From the NCBI GenBank assembly GCA_949358305.1, contig OX442314.1, positions 7,254,001-7,318,000 of the forward strand: a stretch of 64,000 nt of DNA. Reading direction: 5' to 3'. The notes beneath the pieces were generated by a model. It had not been told where the DNA came from, searched no databases, and saw only the letters and a list, made by a program, of their open reading frames with translations. Source of the DNA: Strigamia acuminata. Lineage: Eukaryota. Shown here piece after piece: positions 25,189-38,133 of this stretch. The position numbers and the translations under genes were made by a program. Numbering within the stretch: the first letter of the stretch is position 1; each line of letters opens with the position of its first letter.

Positions 25189-28100
25189 TTATTCCGCCTG
25201 CGAACGCCAGTTTTTTGCCATGTTGTCAAATTTAGCGGTGAATTCCTTCATGATTCTCTCTTGTTCTTTACCGAGCATTTTCAGCAATTCTTCTCGCTCT
25301 GCAACTTTTTCGTTGACTTTTTGCTTTGCTCGTTCAGGACAATCCTGTCGCCAATGGCCGTCCTCCCGGCAGAAGTTGCAGGGACCGCTCTTTCCTCCCT
25401 CTCGGTTGACTGGTCCCTTCGTGTACTCTCTGTAACAAGAAGACGAGATCAAATCTAAATGGTCTTCCGATCTATCCTCAGCACTAGACGTCTTTGTTTG
25501 GTAAGCGTTCCCAGGAGGCGGTATGGGGTTTGACCCGCTATTATTCCTTTTTGATAGAAGTGGTTCGATATTTCCGTTTAGGTAATTCCGTGATTGGAGC
25601 AGCTTAGTTGAGTCTATGCTGCGCTCCTGTATTCGTTGCTGTCGAGCCACTCCTAGAGCTCGTTCTTCTTTTGTCAGATTTTCGTTATACCGAGCATTTA
25701 CTTCGGTGTGTTTTTTCTCGACGAAAGCTAGGATGGCTTTGAAATTATCTCCTTTAGGAGCGTTCATTTCTCGTAGGACTTTGGTTGCGGTTTCGTTTAG
25801 TCCTTGTTCGAAGAGAGCTTTCTGAGCGTGTTGGTCAAATGGTTTGTCCATTTCACGGAACAGGCTGTCGGCTCGTTGTACGTACTCTCTCAGAGTTTCC
25901 CCGGGAGCTTGCTTCATAGAGCTTACTCTTTTCTGGATTTCCTGGCTCGTCTCGCCATATTGGTTGTGGAACTTTATGACGAAGTCTTCCCAGTTTCGGG
26001 GTTGGACATCAGCGTACCAGTTTCGGGCTCGATTTATCAGCATTTCTGGTATCCCGCGTGAAACCATTTCGTCGGGTTCCGCTCCCAAACGATTAATCGT
26101 CAGGGCGACTTCGTCCAAAAACAAGTTGCCGGCGTTCCAGGATCCGTCGAACTTAATTAGTCTCAGGGTCGTCCACTTGATGTTGTTATCCTTGCGAGAA
26201 TACAGCCATCGGTCCGCGGAGTAACGTTTCAACAATACTTCGCTTCGATCGTCTTCCTCGATCTCTTGGCCACGGCTTTGTTGAAGTTTTTGGTCCATGG
26301 CCCGAAGGAGTTCGTCTTTCATCGTCCGTAGTTGGTTGCTTAGCGAGTCAGTCTCACTAAGCAGCGGTGATGATCGTGGATTGTCGGAAGGGAGGCTTGG
26401 GTAATGCGTACCGTTGCCCGTCAGTCCGAATTGATTGTGTTGGAACGACGTTTGTCCTGATGATCCCGCGGTGTTCGGGTTATTCGCGAGGTCTTGCGCT
26501 ATGGTTGAGTTATCGGGGTTCGCTTTCTCTGGAGCGGAGGTTCGGCTCAACTTTGTTCCGGGCGGTATCAGATCGTCCAGTCGGGTCCCCGTGAGGGCTC
26601 CGTCCACTTTTTTGATAAAAACGTAGGAGTCTCTCCCAGCATATGCTTCGGCGGCGTGTTTCTTTTCGAGGTGGTTTTTAACGGCATTAATCTCCTCGAG
26701 CGTCGGCATGGCTAGTTTATTACGACCTGCTTCGTTTCGTATCTGGTTCTTTTGATTTATACATCTGATTAGTTCGGCGTTAGGGTCGCTTGGGTTAGTA
26801 TTACTGGTTTGGCCAGTTTTCATTGCGAATGAGTTTTTCATTGCCCATGATTCAGCACCCTGATTATTTCTTCTATCTTGTATAAACGCCTCGTAGAGTT
26901 CCTTCTTGACTTCGTCCGATTCGTTTACGATACTGTCTAGTCCGGTGACTCGGATACTGAGGTGAGATGTCAGAGAGTCGATGCTTTCGCTGTCTGAAGT
27001 TTGCTCGTCGTTTTTCTTGACCGGGGGTTGAGTTGAATTGACCCGGCACCGTTTCTCTTCTTGATTTGTAGAGTTTTCGGCTGTTCGTTTTTCCGTTCTC
27101 TCGTTGACCAGATCGATCACCCTACTTAATTCTTCGTAAGGGTCCTTATCCTGATCTATCTCGATACCGTGAGCGCAAGCCACTCGCGTCACTTCGATGG
27201 CCTTTGCTACTAACTCCTTTGCTGAAGGGGATCGCTCTGGGGAATTCTGCAAGGAGTTTGTCTCCGAGCGTTGACCCAACCCATTGCTTAATGGCTGGAT
27301 TTCATGATCTCTTGCCATTTCTCGTTCGATGATTCTTTGTTTTGCTAGTAATTCTCGGGCCAATTCTCGCTCCATTACTATTTGTTTTTCTTGACTCTCC
27401 TTGGCGGCGGCTGTTTGCCTCGCTTGACGTTCGCGAGCTATTTCTTGTTCCATTGCGGTGACTTTTTTGCGGTGCTCTTTGGCTAGTTCTTCCATTAATT
27501 CAGCCTTTCTCTCCTCCAAGGCGTCTATTCTCGCCTGATCAGCAATCTCACGTTCCATTTCGGCTCGTTTTTCTGTTATTTCTCGAGCTATTTCGCGTTC
27601 GAATGTGGCTCGTCTATCTGCCGCCTTTTCTTGCCTTGCCTGATTTGCTCGGGCTCGTTCGCGCAATATTGCGGTTTGTGTTGTGGTCGTACTATTGAAG
27701 AGGGTCATTTGATCTCTTTTGGGAATCGACCGTGGCGAATTTGGCAGCGAAATCGATGGTGTTAGTGAACGATGAAGCGTTAATCGTTTCAATTTGTTTT
27801 GACGGTCGTTTTCATCGTTTAATCCGCTGTTGTTTGGGTCATTTGGATCGTCGAAACTATGGATAGGTGAGTCCTGTCCGTTTTCTTCGATTAGAATTTC
27901 GTCGCTATCTAACTCATTGGTTGGATCGTGGTCGCTATGGATTGGTGGGTTTTCGAATGATTTAGTGAAAATATTCTCTCCGTGAGAGGTTCCTGGTCCT
28001 TCGAATTCTCTGCCCGAAAACTGGAGCTTTTTTGCAATCGGGTTAGTTTCTTCTGTTGGAATTTCAGTCGAGTTAGTCTCAACTTTGTTTTCGTGAATTC

Positions 28101-28224
28101 GAGCTTCCGGCGTCAAGAGTGGATCGTAGACCGTTCCATCCTGACGTTCACGTTCTTGTCTTTGCTTGTAACGTGTTTCACGATCGCTAGCGGTGGCTGC
28201 ATAATTATTTGAATCCGATTTCGA

Positions 28225-28227
<3 letters not shown>
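25189..28227 (-). CDS. gag: Gag polyprotein, 1012 aa
   Basis: Coiled-coil N-terminus, capsid-like region (ARNWY...WEDFVIKFHNQYG...MKQAPGETLREYVQR), CCHC knuckle CNFCREDGHWRQDC; alignable to element B Gag. Confidence 0.9.
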
Positions 28228-28262
<35 letters not shown>

Positions 28263-28326
28263 ATTTGACTCAAACAATTTCGATATCCCGGTATTTCTCA
28301 GTTTTGTCGTAAGGTTAGCAAATTCT

Positions 28327-28344
28327 ATCCCGGACGGGCCCCCA
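28327..28344 (-). promoter_or_regulatory. Primer-binding site, tRNA-Pro (element A)
   Basis: TGGGGGCCCGTCCGGGAT 2 nt after the 5' LTR; one base different from the canonical tRNA-Pro PBS TGGGGGCTCGTCCGGGAT. Confidence 0.85.
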
Positions 28345-29287
28345 CGTGTCGTGATTCGACTTTGTGGTTAAGAAATACAAATACTTTGTCGGGACAAGCA
28401 ATACACTTTATTATTAACTTAGGAATAATTAATACAGTCAGATAAATGTATGATTGATGGTCTCGGATCCTGTTGCGAATACGAGTTGTTGCTAAACAAT
28501 TAGCCCTCAATTGTTTAGACTTACACGTGGCTTCTGTTGTTGTCTAGGGTTATATTTTTTACACTTCGCGAATCGAGTCAGTCTCAATTCGCTTAGCAGT
28601 TTGGATGTGAAATCAAACGAGGCCTACTTCGTTTGGGACGCGTGGCGCGCGTGTTAATTACCGCCAAAGTGTTAGGTTGAATCCAAACTGAATCCGTCTT
28701 GTTCCGTACGCGTGGTGCGCAGAATTCTTTCGCCAATGCGTTCGGTGAGCTCAAACTAAACGAGATCCGTTTCGTGTGGAATACGTCTTGCGGAACACGT
28801 GGCGTACGTGATTTTCTTCGGCGATCGATTGGCGATTCGTATCGATCGTGGATTAGTCCCGAAATTATGTTCGGTTGACACGTGTTTTCGAACAAACACG
28901 CGGGAATTCGCTTCGTGCGAATTAAACGATAGATTCGGATATTTATTCTAACGTGGATTGGCCACGTTAAATAAATGCGGCTTGTTGCTTACAGTTGATT
29001 TTATCAGCGGGCACCGGTCCTCGATCAATCCGATGAAACGGCCTGAAAGGTGAGGAAAGTGGTGCTCTTGCTGAATTGTGGTAACTGTAGTGTCATTTCC
29101 GGTCAAGCCTCGGTCTTATATACTGACCGGAAGTGACGTCATATATAGATTATTCTGATTATTCAGATCCGCAGAAATGCGAGACTAGTCAATCTAGTCT
29201 ATTTCTAGTAGCGCTCCTGGCGGTCGGATTCATCAACACGATAAATCTTATCAATTTATCTTCAGGTGATTCGGAATCACCACAACA

Positions 29288-29355
29288 CACACCAGGATTT
29301 GAACCTGTGTAGAAAGATTCCTAGTCCATTGCCTTAACCACTGGACCACAACTAC
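29288..29355 (-). pseudogene. Degenerate tRNA-Ser-derived sequence (pseudogene or SINE head) abutting the element A insertion
   Basis: GTAGTTGTGGTCCAGTGGTTAAGGCAATGGACTAGGAATC...CAGGTTCAAATCCTG resembles metazoan tRNA-Ser (GTAGTCGTGGCCGAGTGGTTAAGGCGATGGACTAGAAATC...CAGGTTCGAATCCTG); 3' acceptor strand missing. Confidence 0.65.
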
Positions 29356-30724
29356 AAACTATTATTGTCTTCATGAAGACAGTCATAAAATTCCTGGATG
29401 TGACCATGTGACCAGAAAACAACTCCAGAAAAAATAGTTCTGGATTAGTGCTCCAGAACTATTTTCCTGGAGTTGTTGCTCAGCAACCAGTTGTTTATCA
29501 TATCCCTACACACAGTCTTTTCACTCAAAATGTCTACTAAAGCCCAAAAAGAGTACAGATTTGGGATAATTACCATGGTTAATCAGCTGACCATGGAGAT
29601 TTAAAAATTTAGGCAATTATTAAGCTCACTTTAGACATCATTTGGCCAAAATTTGGCCAAAATCTAAAATGACTTATTCATGTGGTTCCCTTGTTAGTTA
29701 AAATTGTCAATACAATTGCAACAAATTTACTATTTTTAAGAATAAAAATTAAAAAATTCATTAGAACACAATAGTTAAGCAACATTGGGTCTGGTTAGTA
29801 CTTGGCTAGGAATCACAGTTGTTTATTTCATTCTTGTCTGATTAAGATATGTTTTTATGGCAAGAACATCTGCCACCCGCCTCTAACTGGGTTTTCTGTT
29901 GTTTTCCAAGCTCTCGGTGCAAATGCAAGATTGGGTCCTTAAGAAAGTCATCCCACAGATCGCGCTGGTGTTGTATAATCACTGCATATTAGTTGTAAGT
30001 CCTCATAACGCTCTGTACATGTGTGTAATCCGAGACTGTTATCTTCGGATTACCGCTGTTGTTTTCATTAAGCTTTATTGTATACATCTGATGACAGATG
30101 GAGCTAGTTGTTTTTTGTAATGGCTGGTTGCCATGATGATTATAAAACAATTGTAAACCTGACTCACCCTGAAAGAAACTTGATACGCCATGAGAACTGT
30201 GATTACCCTGCAAAAATGGAAGATCCATTTAAGGATAAAAGAGCTGCCAAATTTGCTAAAAAGAAAGAGGAAAAGAAAGAAAAATGCAAAAAGGAAAAGT
30301 TATAATGTAGTGTCTACCAACAGAACAATGGGCCTCAACTTAGGAACAAGGCCTACTTGTGGTTGACAGGTGGCTTTGTGCAGGATTGTATTTCGACACC
30401 TCTTGGGTAGAAGGTACCTTTGTGCGAAGCACAACCTGCACACCGACATGTGGCGGTCGTACCTATGATCAAGTTCATTGGTGGGTTGCAATAGGTTCAT
30501 ATTTTAAAATCATTTTATAAAAAGGCCTATGGTTTTGATTAATTGTTTGTGTTCAGAGTGCCATTAATGTCATTAAAATCACTTTATTGTTAATTATAAT
30601 ATTATCACAAATAAAATTAATTTTTTTATGCGTAGAAGTGCAAGCTTACAAAAATCTCAAGTGTGTTATGTTCCAACTTATTAAAATATTAAAATTTATA
30701 GTGTCTCATGAAATGATGAAATCA

Positions 30725-31180
30725 ATCGGCTCTCCCTGGTAAAGGATAACCTGAGACAAACGGGCACCGTCAAAGTAAACATTTTAGTAGTTTTAACAAT
30801 CAATGGAAATAATTTAAAGAAAATAAAAATGAAATAAAATAAAATGATTATAAATTTTCTTTCTAAAAAAATCAATTGCCAACCTATTTTTTTTTTATTG
30901 TCATAATTTTCCTTTTAAAGGATTGGCATACTAGTAGAAGAGGGTCACTACAAAACAAGGGGGTACAGTATGCCCCAAATAGCTTTACTATATATAATAT
31001 AAATTGTTTTGTTATGTTAAAAGGTACAAGACAAACCCACAAGCACCAATAATACGTAAAACCCGAGTTTTGAATGCAGCTACTGTTTACGAAATGATTG
31101 GACCTTTGGACCATCTTTAAATTTGGTACCCAGGCAATCACTTGCTCCCCTGTGCTTAGCAGCGACCCTGGCTGGGTTTG
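30725..31180 (+). pseudogene. Remnant of a third CSalpha/beta peptide locus: 3' UTR and downstream flank kept, promoter and coding exons deleted
   Basis: 30725-31180 matches 38160-38620 and ~39955-40350; upstream 30625-30715 matches 37625-37735, i.e. ~37740-38160 is missing. Confidence 0.7.
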
Positions 31181-32274
31181 TTTAACAAACATAAAATGAC
31201 AGGAAAAAGACATAAAAATGACATAAAAATGACAAAAAAATGACATAAAAATAACATAAAAATTACTTAGAAATGACATAAAAATGACACAAAAATGACA
31301 TAAAAATGACATAAAACTGACATAAAAATGACATAAAAATGAAAAAAAATGACATAAAAATGAAAAAAATGACAAAAATGACATAAAAATGACAATTTAT
31401 TGTAGAAATGCACAGCAGTAGAAGAAATAGTCCGTTTACCAACAGCTCAAACAAACACACAACTGCCATTAAACATCTAAAATATCTAGAGACAACAAGT
31501 TAGTAAACAAACGATAAAATTGAAAAACAAACATGTTCATTATTTATTCTATGATACTTGGCAGTTTTAGACAACCACAAACTCGATCAGCTTAATAAGA
31601 ATTTATTACAGAACCAAACAAAGAACAGTCGATTCTGAAGTGAGCAAAGGTAGACACCTATTAACTTTCCTTTATCTTCTTAACACCACCAAAAGCAGGT
31701 AACATCTCTCAATATTTACATGTTGTTTCCAATACACTAGTTTTAACTATCTTCTACTAGTATACCAAGTAAGATAGAATGCAGACTAACACTTCAGTGA
31801 GCAGGAACAGGCAAAGATTAAGACAGCTACGTCCTGCAATTCACCGATTGTTGAAGAATGATGCAAATAAACTCAGATGTAACTTAATCGGCTTTGATGA
31901 TTTTGTCAAAATCAAACATCATGGGTGCAAGCGTCGCTTGTTTTGGCTTGTTTTATTCTTATTTTGCACATGCATGCTCACCTATCAGACTAATGATAGA
32001 ATAATGCATTACTTGAGTTATCCAACAGTTGTTGATGTAATGAGCACATCCGAAGAAGTTATTTTACCAAACTTGATGATCTGTAGCAGCAATACGGAAG
32101 AAATGGGTAGACTTTGGAATAAAATTCATAATGAAATCGAAGAATGCTTTGATATGTTGAAAACTCTAATGGCAATCCCAACACATAATATAAAAGAACT
32201 TTGGCGAGCGACTAATTTGACGAAAGAAGTAGTGAGCATAAAAATAAAAGTATAAAAACATTTTTATGTTATAT

Positions 32275-32455
32275 GTTGTCATTTTTATGTCATTTTTATG
32301 TCATTTTTATGTCATTTTTATGTCATTTTTATGTCATTTTTATGTCATTTTTATGTCATTTTTATGTCATTTTTATGTCATTTTTATGTCATTTTTATGT
32401 CATTTTTATGTCATTTTTATGTCATTTTTATGTCATTTTTATGTCATTTTTATGT
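32275..32455. repeat. (TGTCATTTTTA)n 11/12-bp minisatellite; related arrays at 31195-31395, 38625-38700, 59450-59670
   Basis: Directly visible. Confidence 0.9.
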
Positions 32456-34152
32456 TATAAACAACATTTAAACTCTTTATTCTGCACAGGGATATTCTAA
32501 TTCGAACACAACAGTCGTTCCAACAGAAACTGGCAATATTTGGGGAATATGTGCAACAATTCAATGTCGTAACTATAAACAAATACATAGCACTATCTAC
32601 TCAAGTACACTTTATATCATTTATTGACACAGCCAAAGGTTTTAGCAACTCTTTTGGAGGACAAGTACTGACAGTAAAAATGAAAAATAACATTTGTCCT
32701 GAAGAGCCATACGAGGTAAATTTAAAAATTAAAATTCTTATTTAAATTCCTATGTAAATTCTTTTATGCATATAGGTTGTACTTACACTCAATGATTTTG
32801 GAAGACACTTTGGCTTAACAGTGCAATATCCCGGTGCAACATACAAAACATATTTGAGTTACAAGAAAGTAAAATTTTAACCAGAGCTTAAAATTACTTA
32901 CTTGTTAGTATATATCCTTATCCTGTTTTGAATTTTTAGTTTGTATTTCTTAATTCACGTATAACTCCATGCTCCAGTGAAGATGTATTCAGAGACTGTT
33001 ATCAGAGTTGTTTATCTAAAAAATTTAAAAAGCATCTAAAGTGCAGGTAAAAAAATTGTCATGATATTGAACAATCAGAAAAATAATTAAACATCTTCTG
33101 TGCAAGATTTCCCTTTACCAAAACAGATTTACCACTTTGCAAATGCTCAAACGAAACACACAAGCAATACGAAATTGCAAGTCAGCTGATTAAAACCACA
33201 AATCCAATTTCTGATTGTCTCTGTCGACGTCCATGCGAACATTTAATATTTATAACGCACACTGATGCGGACATAACAGATGATAATAAAACTACATCTA
33301 TGTCTTTTGCAATAACTGATGACAAAATTAGTGTGTATGAGGAACGGTATACCTACGACGTTATTGCTCTTCTGTCAGATTTAGGAGGCAATCTAGGCCT
33401 GTTTCTTGGTTTATCGTTACTCTCATTACCTGAAATCACTTGGTATTTATGTTATGTTGCAACAAACATTGACCAAAAACCACCCATCAATAAAATTCGC
33501 TGTCTGTACGAGATATGCAAGAAGAAAGTCGTTGAGAATAAAGAGCAAACCACGACAAATGGAGTATTAGAAAGGTTAAAGTTTGTGCTAGTATTTGTGA
33601 TTGCAGGAATCACTTTATATTGCTTGCAAATTCGTATCAACTACTATATTGATGAACCGGTAACAACAATGGTTAGAATAGTTCAACGCCGCTACACCGA
33701 ATTTCAGTCGATCACGGTCTGTGGTGAAAAACAAAATGATGACATAGACAGTGCCAGAGATCACCTACTGAAACACACTAACAATACCTGCAATGAAATA
33801 TCGCCCTGGCAATTGTCAACAATAAATTGTCATTGGATGAAATCTGGAAAACACTCAATGTCCATGACACAATTAATTTAAAGAATGAGGTATGCTAGTA
33901 TGGTGTATTACAAATACAAACATAACAACGAAATCATTGTTGTAGAAATATTATGGATTTAAAACACCGTTAAACGTATCAATGAATCCCATTCCACTTC
34001 CCTTTGGCAATTGTTCACGAATAAACACAGGTAATTTTACTAACTCAATTTCATAAAATTCACTGTTCATTTCACATTACGGTATTTTGTATAGTATAAA
34101 TGAAATACCTTTACTGGTATATAAACACACACAACACTTTTATTGAATACAT

Positions 34153-34676
34153 TGTCACGTCGTTAATTTCGACTGGAAACAATGGTTTAGAAAAATTAGG
34201 TTTTCAGGGGTTTGTATTAATCAAAAGATGGGAGGTCCACAGGCGCCACAACCCTTAAGACTTAACCATGGTGGCAGCTCAGTAAAGACAGCGTCTGTTT
34301 GTGAATCAGCCCGGGTGCAGGATATCAGCCCGGGCGCTTGCAAAATGGCTAACTGTGATATACGAATTACGACCGAAATACTATGTCCCACTGAGGGAGA
34401 GCATAGTCACTCACAAAAGGCACAATGAAGGATATTTTCTTCTCCCGTGTTCACAAATGTTGTGTGTACGCACTCACAGGTGCCTGACAGCAAACCGCGG
34501 CTTCACGTCAGGAATGCAAAAATAAATAAACAATTGAGACGACAAATACTTTGTATTTGTATTTGTCCAGAAATACAAATAAAGAAAAAATAAATAAAGA
34601 TTATCCAAAAACTTAGGAAAAATTAAATTATTCACAAAGATAAAAGGATTTTTTGTGTCAAGACAAAACTGTGACA
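34153..34676. mobile_element. Probable solo LTR of another family
   Basis: TGTCAC...GTGACA termini, AATAAA in the 3' part, flanks acat/acac; absent from paralogous introns. Confidence 0.55.
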
Positions 34677-35329
34677 ACACTTTTCAACATTAGCTTCATA
34701 TAAGGAAGTGATAATAGCATGAATGTGCCAGGGGGCTTCCGTACAATAATGGGAAGTTGACATGATTGATACAAATAAGATACTATACAAAAGTATAGGA
34801 CATTCAGCACATTTTAGTGTAGCTACTTTTCATATTTTGTTAACATCCTGGAAATTTGTCTTGTCTGATTGATAAGTTCTTTTTCAGAAAAATCATTTGA
34901 CCAATCTATTTACCTTTTCATTAAATTTCAAAATCTGTTATCGTCAAAATTATGTGACCAGCATCTAAAGGTAATTCAACACAGAGGTAGATTGTGGAAT
35001 AATATCGGCCTAAGCTTAGGCATTATTGGAAATATTGGGTCCATTTATGGTCAATCTGTTCCTGACATAACAATTCATTTAATATTCATTAGGTTCTCTA
35101 TTTTTCCTTCTGTTACTGCCTTAATCCTTCAAAACATAAATTGCACAAAATTATTCAGAGATCCAAAGATGAATTAGAAACATTAAAAAATTAATATTTT
35201 TAATTACAATTGATTAATTTTCGATTTAATTCTGACCTTTCAACCTACAATATGAAAATCCTTTAAATATTATTTAAACTCTAGGTTTGTGCACACAAAT
35301 TTTTATTCATTGAAGAGTTTAATGCAGCA

Positions 35330-36038
35330 TGCTCCCCAGCAGGCTCCACAGCAGGCTCCACAGCATGTTCCCCAGCAGGCTCCCCAGCAGGCTCCTCAGC
35401 AGGCTCCCCAGCAGGCTCCCCAGCAGGCTCCCCAGCAGGCTCCCCAGCAGGCTCCCCAGCAGGCTCCCCAGCAGGCTCCCCAGCAGGCTCCCCAGCAGGC
35501 TCCCCAGCAGGCTCCCCAGCAGGCTCCCCAGCAGGCTCCCCAGCAGGCTCCCCAGCAGGCTCCCCAGCAGGCTCCCCAGCAGGCTCCCCAGCAGGCTCCC
35601 CAGCAGGCTCCCCAGCAGGCTCCCCAGCAGGCTCCCCAGCAGGCTCCCCAGCAGGCTCCCCAGCAGGCTCCCCAGCAGGCTCCCCAGCAGGCTCCCCAGC
35701 AGGCTCCCCAGCAGGCTCCCCAGCAGGCTCCCCAGCAGGCTCCCCAGCAGGCTCCCCAGCAGGCTCCCCAGCAGGCTCCCCAGCAGGCTCCCCAGCAGGC
35801 TCCCCAGCAGGCTCCCCAGCAGGCTCCCCAGCAGGCTCCCCAGCAGGCTCCCCAGCAGGCTCCCCAGCAGGCTCCCCAGCAGGCTCCCCAGCAGGCTCCC
35901 CAGCAGGCTCCCCAGCAGGCTCCCCAGCAGGCTCCCCAGCAGGCTCCCCAGCAGGCTCCCCAGCAGGCTCCCCAGCAGGCTCCCCAGCAGGCTCCCCAGC
36001 AGGCTCCCCAGCAGGCTCCCCAGCAGGCTCCCCAGCAG
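35330..36038. repeat. Highly homogeneous 12-bp satellite (CAGCAGGCTCCC)n, ~59 copies, intronic
   Basis: Directly visible. Confidence 0.95.
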
Positions 36039-37913
36039 GTTGTTGAGATATTCCAGTTTGAATCTGTGGCACCAGATTTGGAAATTTAGTACAAGTCTTT
36101 TTTGTGCTAACTTATCTTCAAATGGTGGCTGCTCGAAAACTAAGAGGGGTAGACACTTGTGGTTTTCAGGGTTTGTTAAGGAGAAAATCGTCTTTCTTTT
36201 GGTGTAAAAACCATTAAAATCTGTGCTAAAAAAAATTGGGATTTGTTCTATCCGTAGTTTGGGCGAATGTGAATGTGATGCCAACTTCAGCCTGGTCTGA
36301 TTAGACAAAAAAGGACCTAAAAAATTGATTTCCCAGGTTGGAATTTGCATATCTGGTACCGCTGCAGAGATATGGGCAGAAAAATAAGTTTTTGAAAAGA
36401 AAAAGTTGTCAAAAAACTCAGTTTTCTGCCGATATCTCCGGAGCCCCAAGACAAGGCCATGCTAGTAAACTTAATCAATCATTCAGTTTTTCTTAAATGA
36501 CCTGGAAGAAGAAGTTAACATTTTGGCACCTTTGGCTTTCAACTAAGAATGGTTGAACATAGTAACACTTCGAGTGTTTAAGGTAAGAAATTAAACAAAT
36601 TATATAACTGCCTACACTTTCAAACCTTGATTTTATGAAATAGACTATTCGTAGAAATACAAAGCATAATCCATGTGAAAAGAAAAAAAGTGCTTATTTC
36701 AAGTGTAAAAATGCTTGTATCAATAACAATTCATTTTACGCAGTTAACTGCAGGTAGGCTAGGTCAAATATTTTACTTTTCACTCTATCCCAATTTTGAC
36801 CTGTTTGCAACACATTCAAACAATGCATAGACCTTTGATTTACAAGTATGTATACTACTCTTTGTTTCAGATTACCTTATATGGGGAGACTGCATTTGCC
36901 AGCTTGTAACACATCAAAGGAAATTACTGCCGCTCATTTAACGTACTTAAAGAATTTCGACTCTAATCAAAAACAATGCAAATGTAAACAACCTTGCGAA
37001 AACAGTTTTAACAAAATTATGTTGCATGGAAATAAATTATTAGTTAATTTCCACACAATAATACTTATTCAATTACCAGATACTTTCTTAGAGAGTATAG
37101 AAGAGCAAGAGGCATATCCGATATCTCAATTGCTTAGTGATGTTGGTAGCATTGTGGGATTAGGTCTGGGAATGTCATTACTGTCTTTCTACGTTTGCAT
37201 TTTAAATATTTACAATCGATATCGCAGTCAGGAGTTGGGTTGTCAATTTGGTCCCAAAAGAGCCAGTAAAATATGAATTTGATAAATCATTCTATGTGCA
37301 AGAATATTTTAAATCTTTATGTCATAATAACAACAAATTTGGTATTTGTATTTTTAAGTATTAAATAAATAAAATTTTGATTCCGGCTTCATTCTTCATT
37401 ATGTGCATACATATCGGTCCTCCGCATCAACTTCTTGCCGCCATTTTCACATGGGTGATCGCGACCGGTCTTCACCTAGCAGGCCACCTAACGACAAAAT
37501 TGCCAGTGGAAATAAATAAAAGTAATCATGTCTATAGACATTTACAGAGAAAATTTTTTTTTGATTAAATTAAACGAATACAACAAATAAAATGACATTT
37601 TAAAAAATGTCACGTTTCTGAAATTTTGTATGTGTAGAAGTGCTAGGTTACAAAAATCTCAAGTTTGTTATGTCTCAATTGATCTAAACTTTAATTACTT
37701 ATTACAATATTAAAATTTATAAAGTCTCATGAAATCAATTGAATGGAATTAATAAAACCTCATGCATATTTCCACACGTAGACATTAAATATTAATTGCT
37801 TCTCTCTCCATATAAACCATATCGCAACTACGACGCCCACATCCTGCTCAGAAGATCTTCCACAAGCCGCCAATCAACTTATTTCACCTAAATACAAATT
37901 TCATCCATTTAAA

Positions 37914-38133
37914 ATGAAATACTTAATTATCTTATTCCTTGTTATTCTGTCGTGCTTGGGTAAGTTATATTCTGCACAAAAATAATCAAATTATTCGTGA
38001 ACATTAACATGTTTTAATTTGATTAGCAATCACGACTAATGCGCAGGCCTGTGACCTTAAATATTGCAAAGATACTTGTAAAACTGCTGGTCTGAAAGGT
38101 ACTTGTATACAGCGTGAGTGCGTATGCGTTTGA
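37914..38133 (+). CDS. Secreted CSalpha/beta (defensin/scorpion-toxin-like) peptide A, 50 aa; exons 37914-37959, 38027-38133
   Basis: MKYLIILFLVILSCL|AITTNAQACDLKYCKDTCKTAGLKGTCIQRECVCV*; signal peptide, phase-1 GT-AG intron, C-x4-C-x3-C-x8-C-x4-C-x-C with GxC; TATAAA at ~37811. Confidence 0.88.

Larger units (their letters stand above)
23958..29284 (-). mobile_element. Gag-only non-autonomous Ty3/Gypsy-type LTR retroelement (element A, 5327 bp); LTRs 23958-24895 and 28347-29284 (938 bp)
   Basis: TG...CA LTRs differing at about 2 positions; ACAC TSD; PBS TGGGGGCCCGTCCGGGAT; PPT GGGGAGGG at ~24898-24905; single long ORF is Gag, no RT/IN. Confidence 0.92.
31779..37276 (+). pseudogene. Tandem-dimer DEG/ENaC paralog 2, all coding exons present but disabled
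   Basis: HG motif, TM1 (RLFWLVLFLFC...YLSYP), two TM2 motifs (LLSDLGGNLGLFLGLS; LLSDVGSIVGLGLGMS); 1-nt deletion at ~33814 and in-frame TAA at 36544-36546. Confidence 0.85.

Noticed and set aside
29880..30500. Short ORFs with coding-like composition
   Set aside because: No consistent spliced model or motif could be built; possibly decayed transposon sequence.
30884..32500. Hydrophobic ORFs (MSFLCHFYVIF)n
   Set aside because: Translations of 11/12-bp minisatellites.
35281..36449. Long ORFs (GEPA)n, (QQAP)n, (LLGS)n, (LPSR)n
   Set aside because: By-product of a stop-free 12-bp satellite that is open in multiple frames inside an intron.
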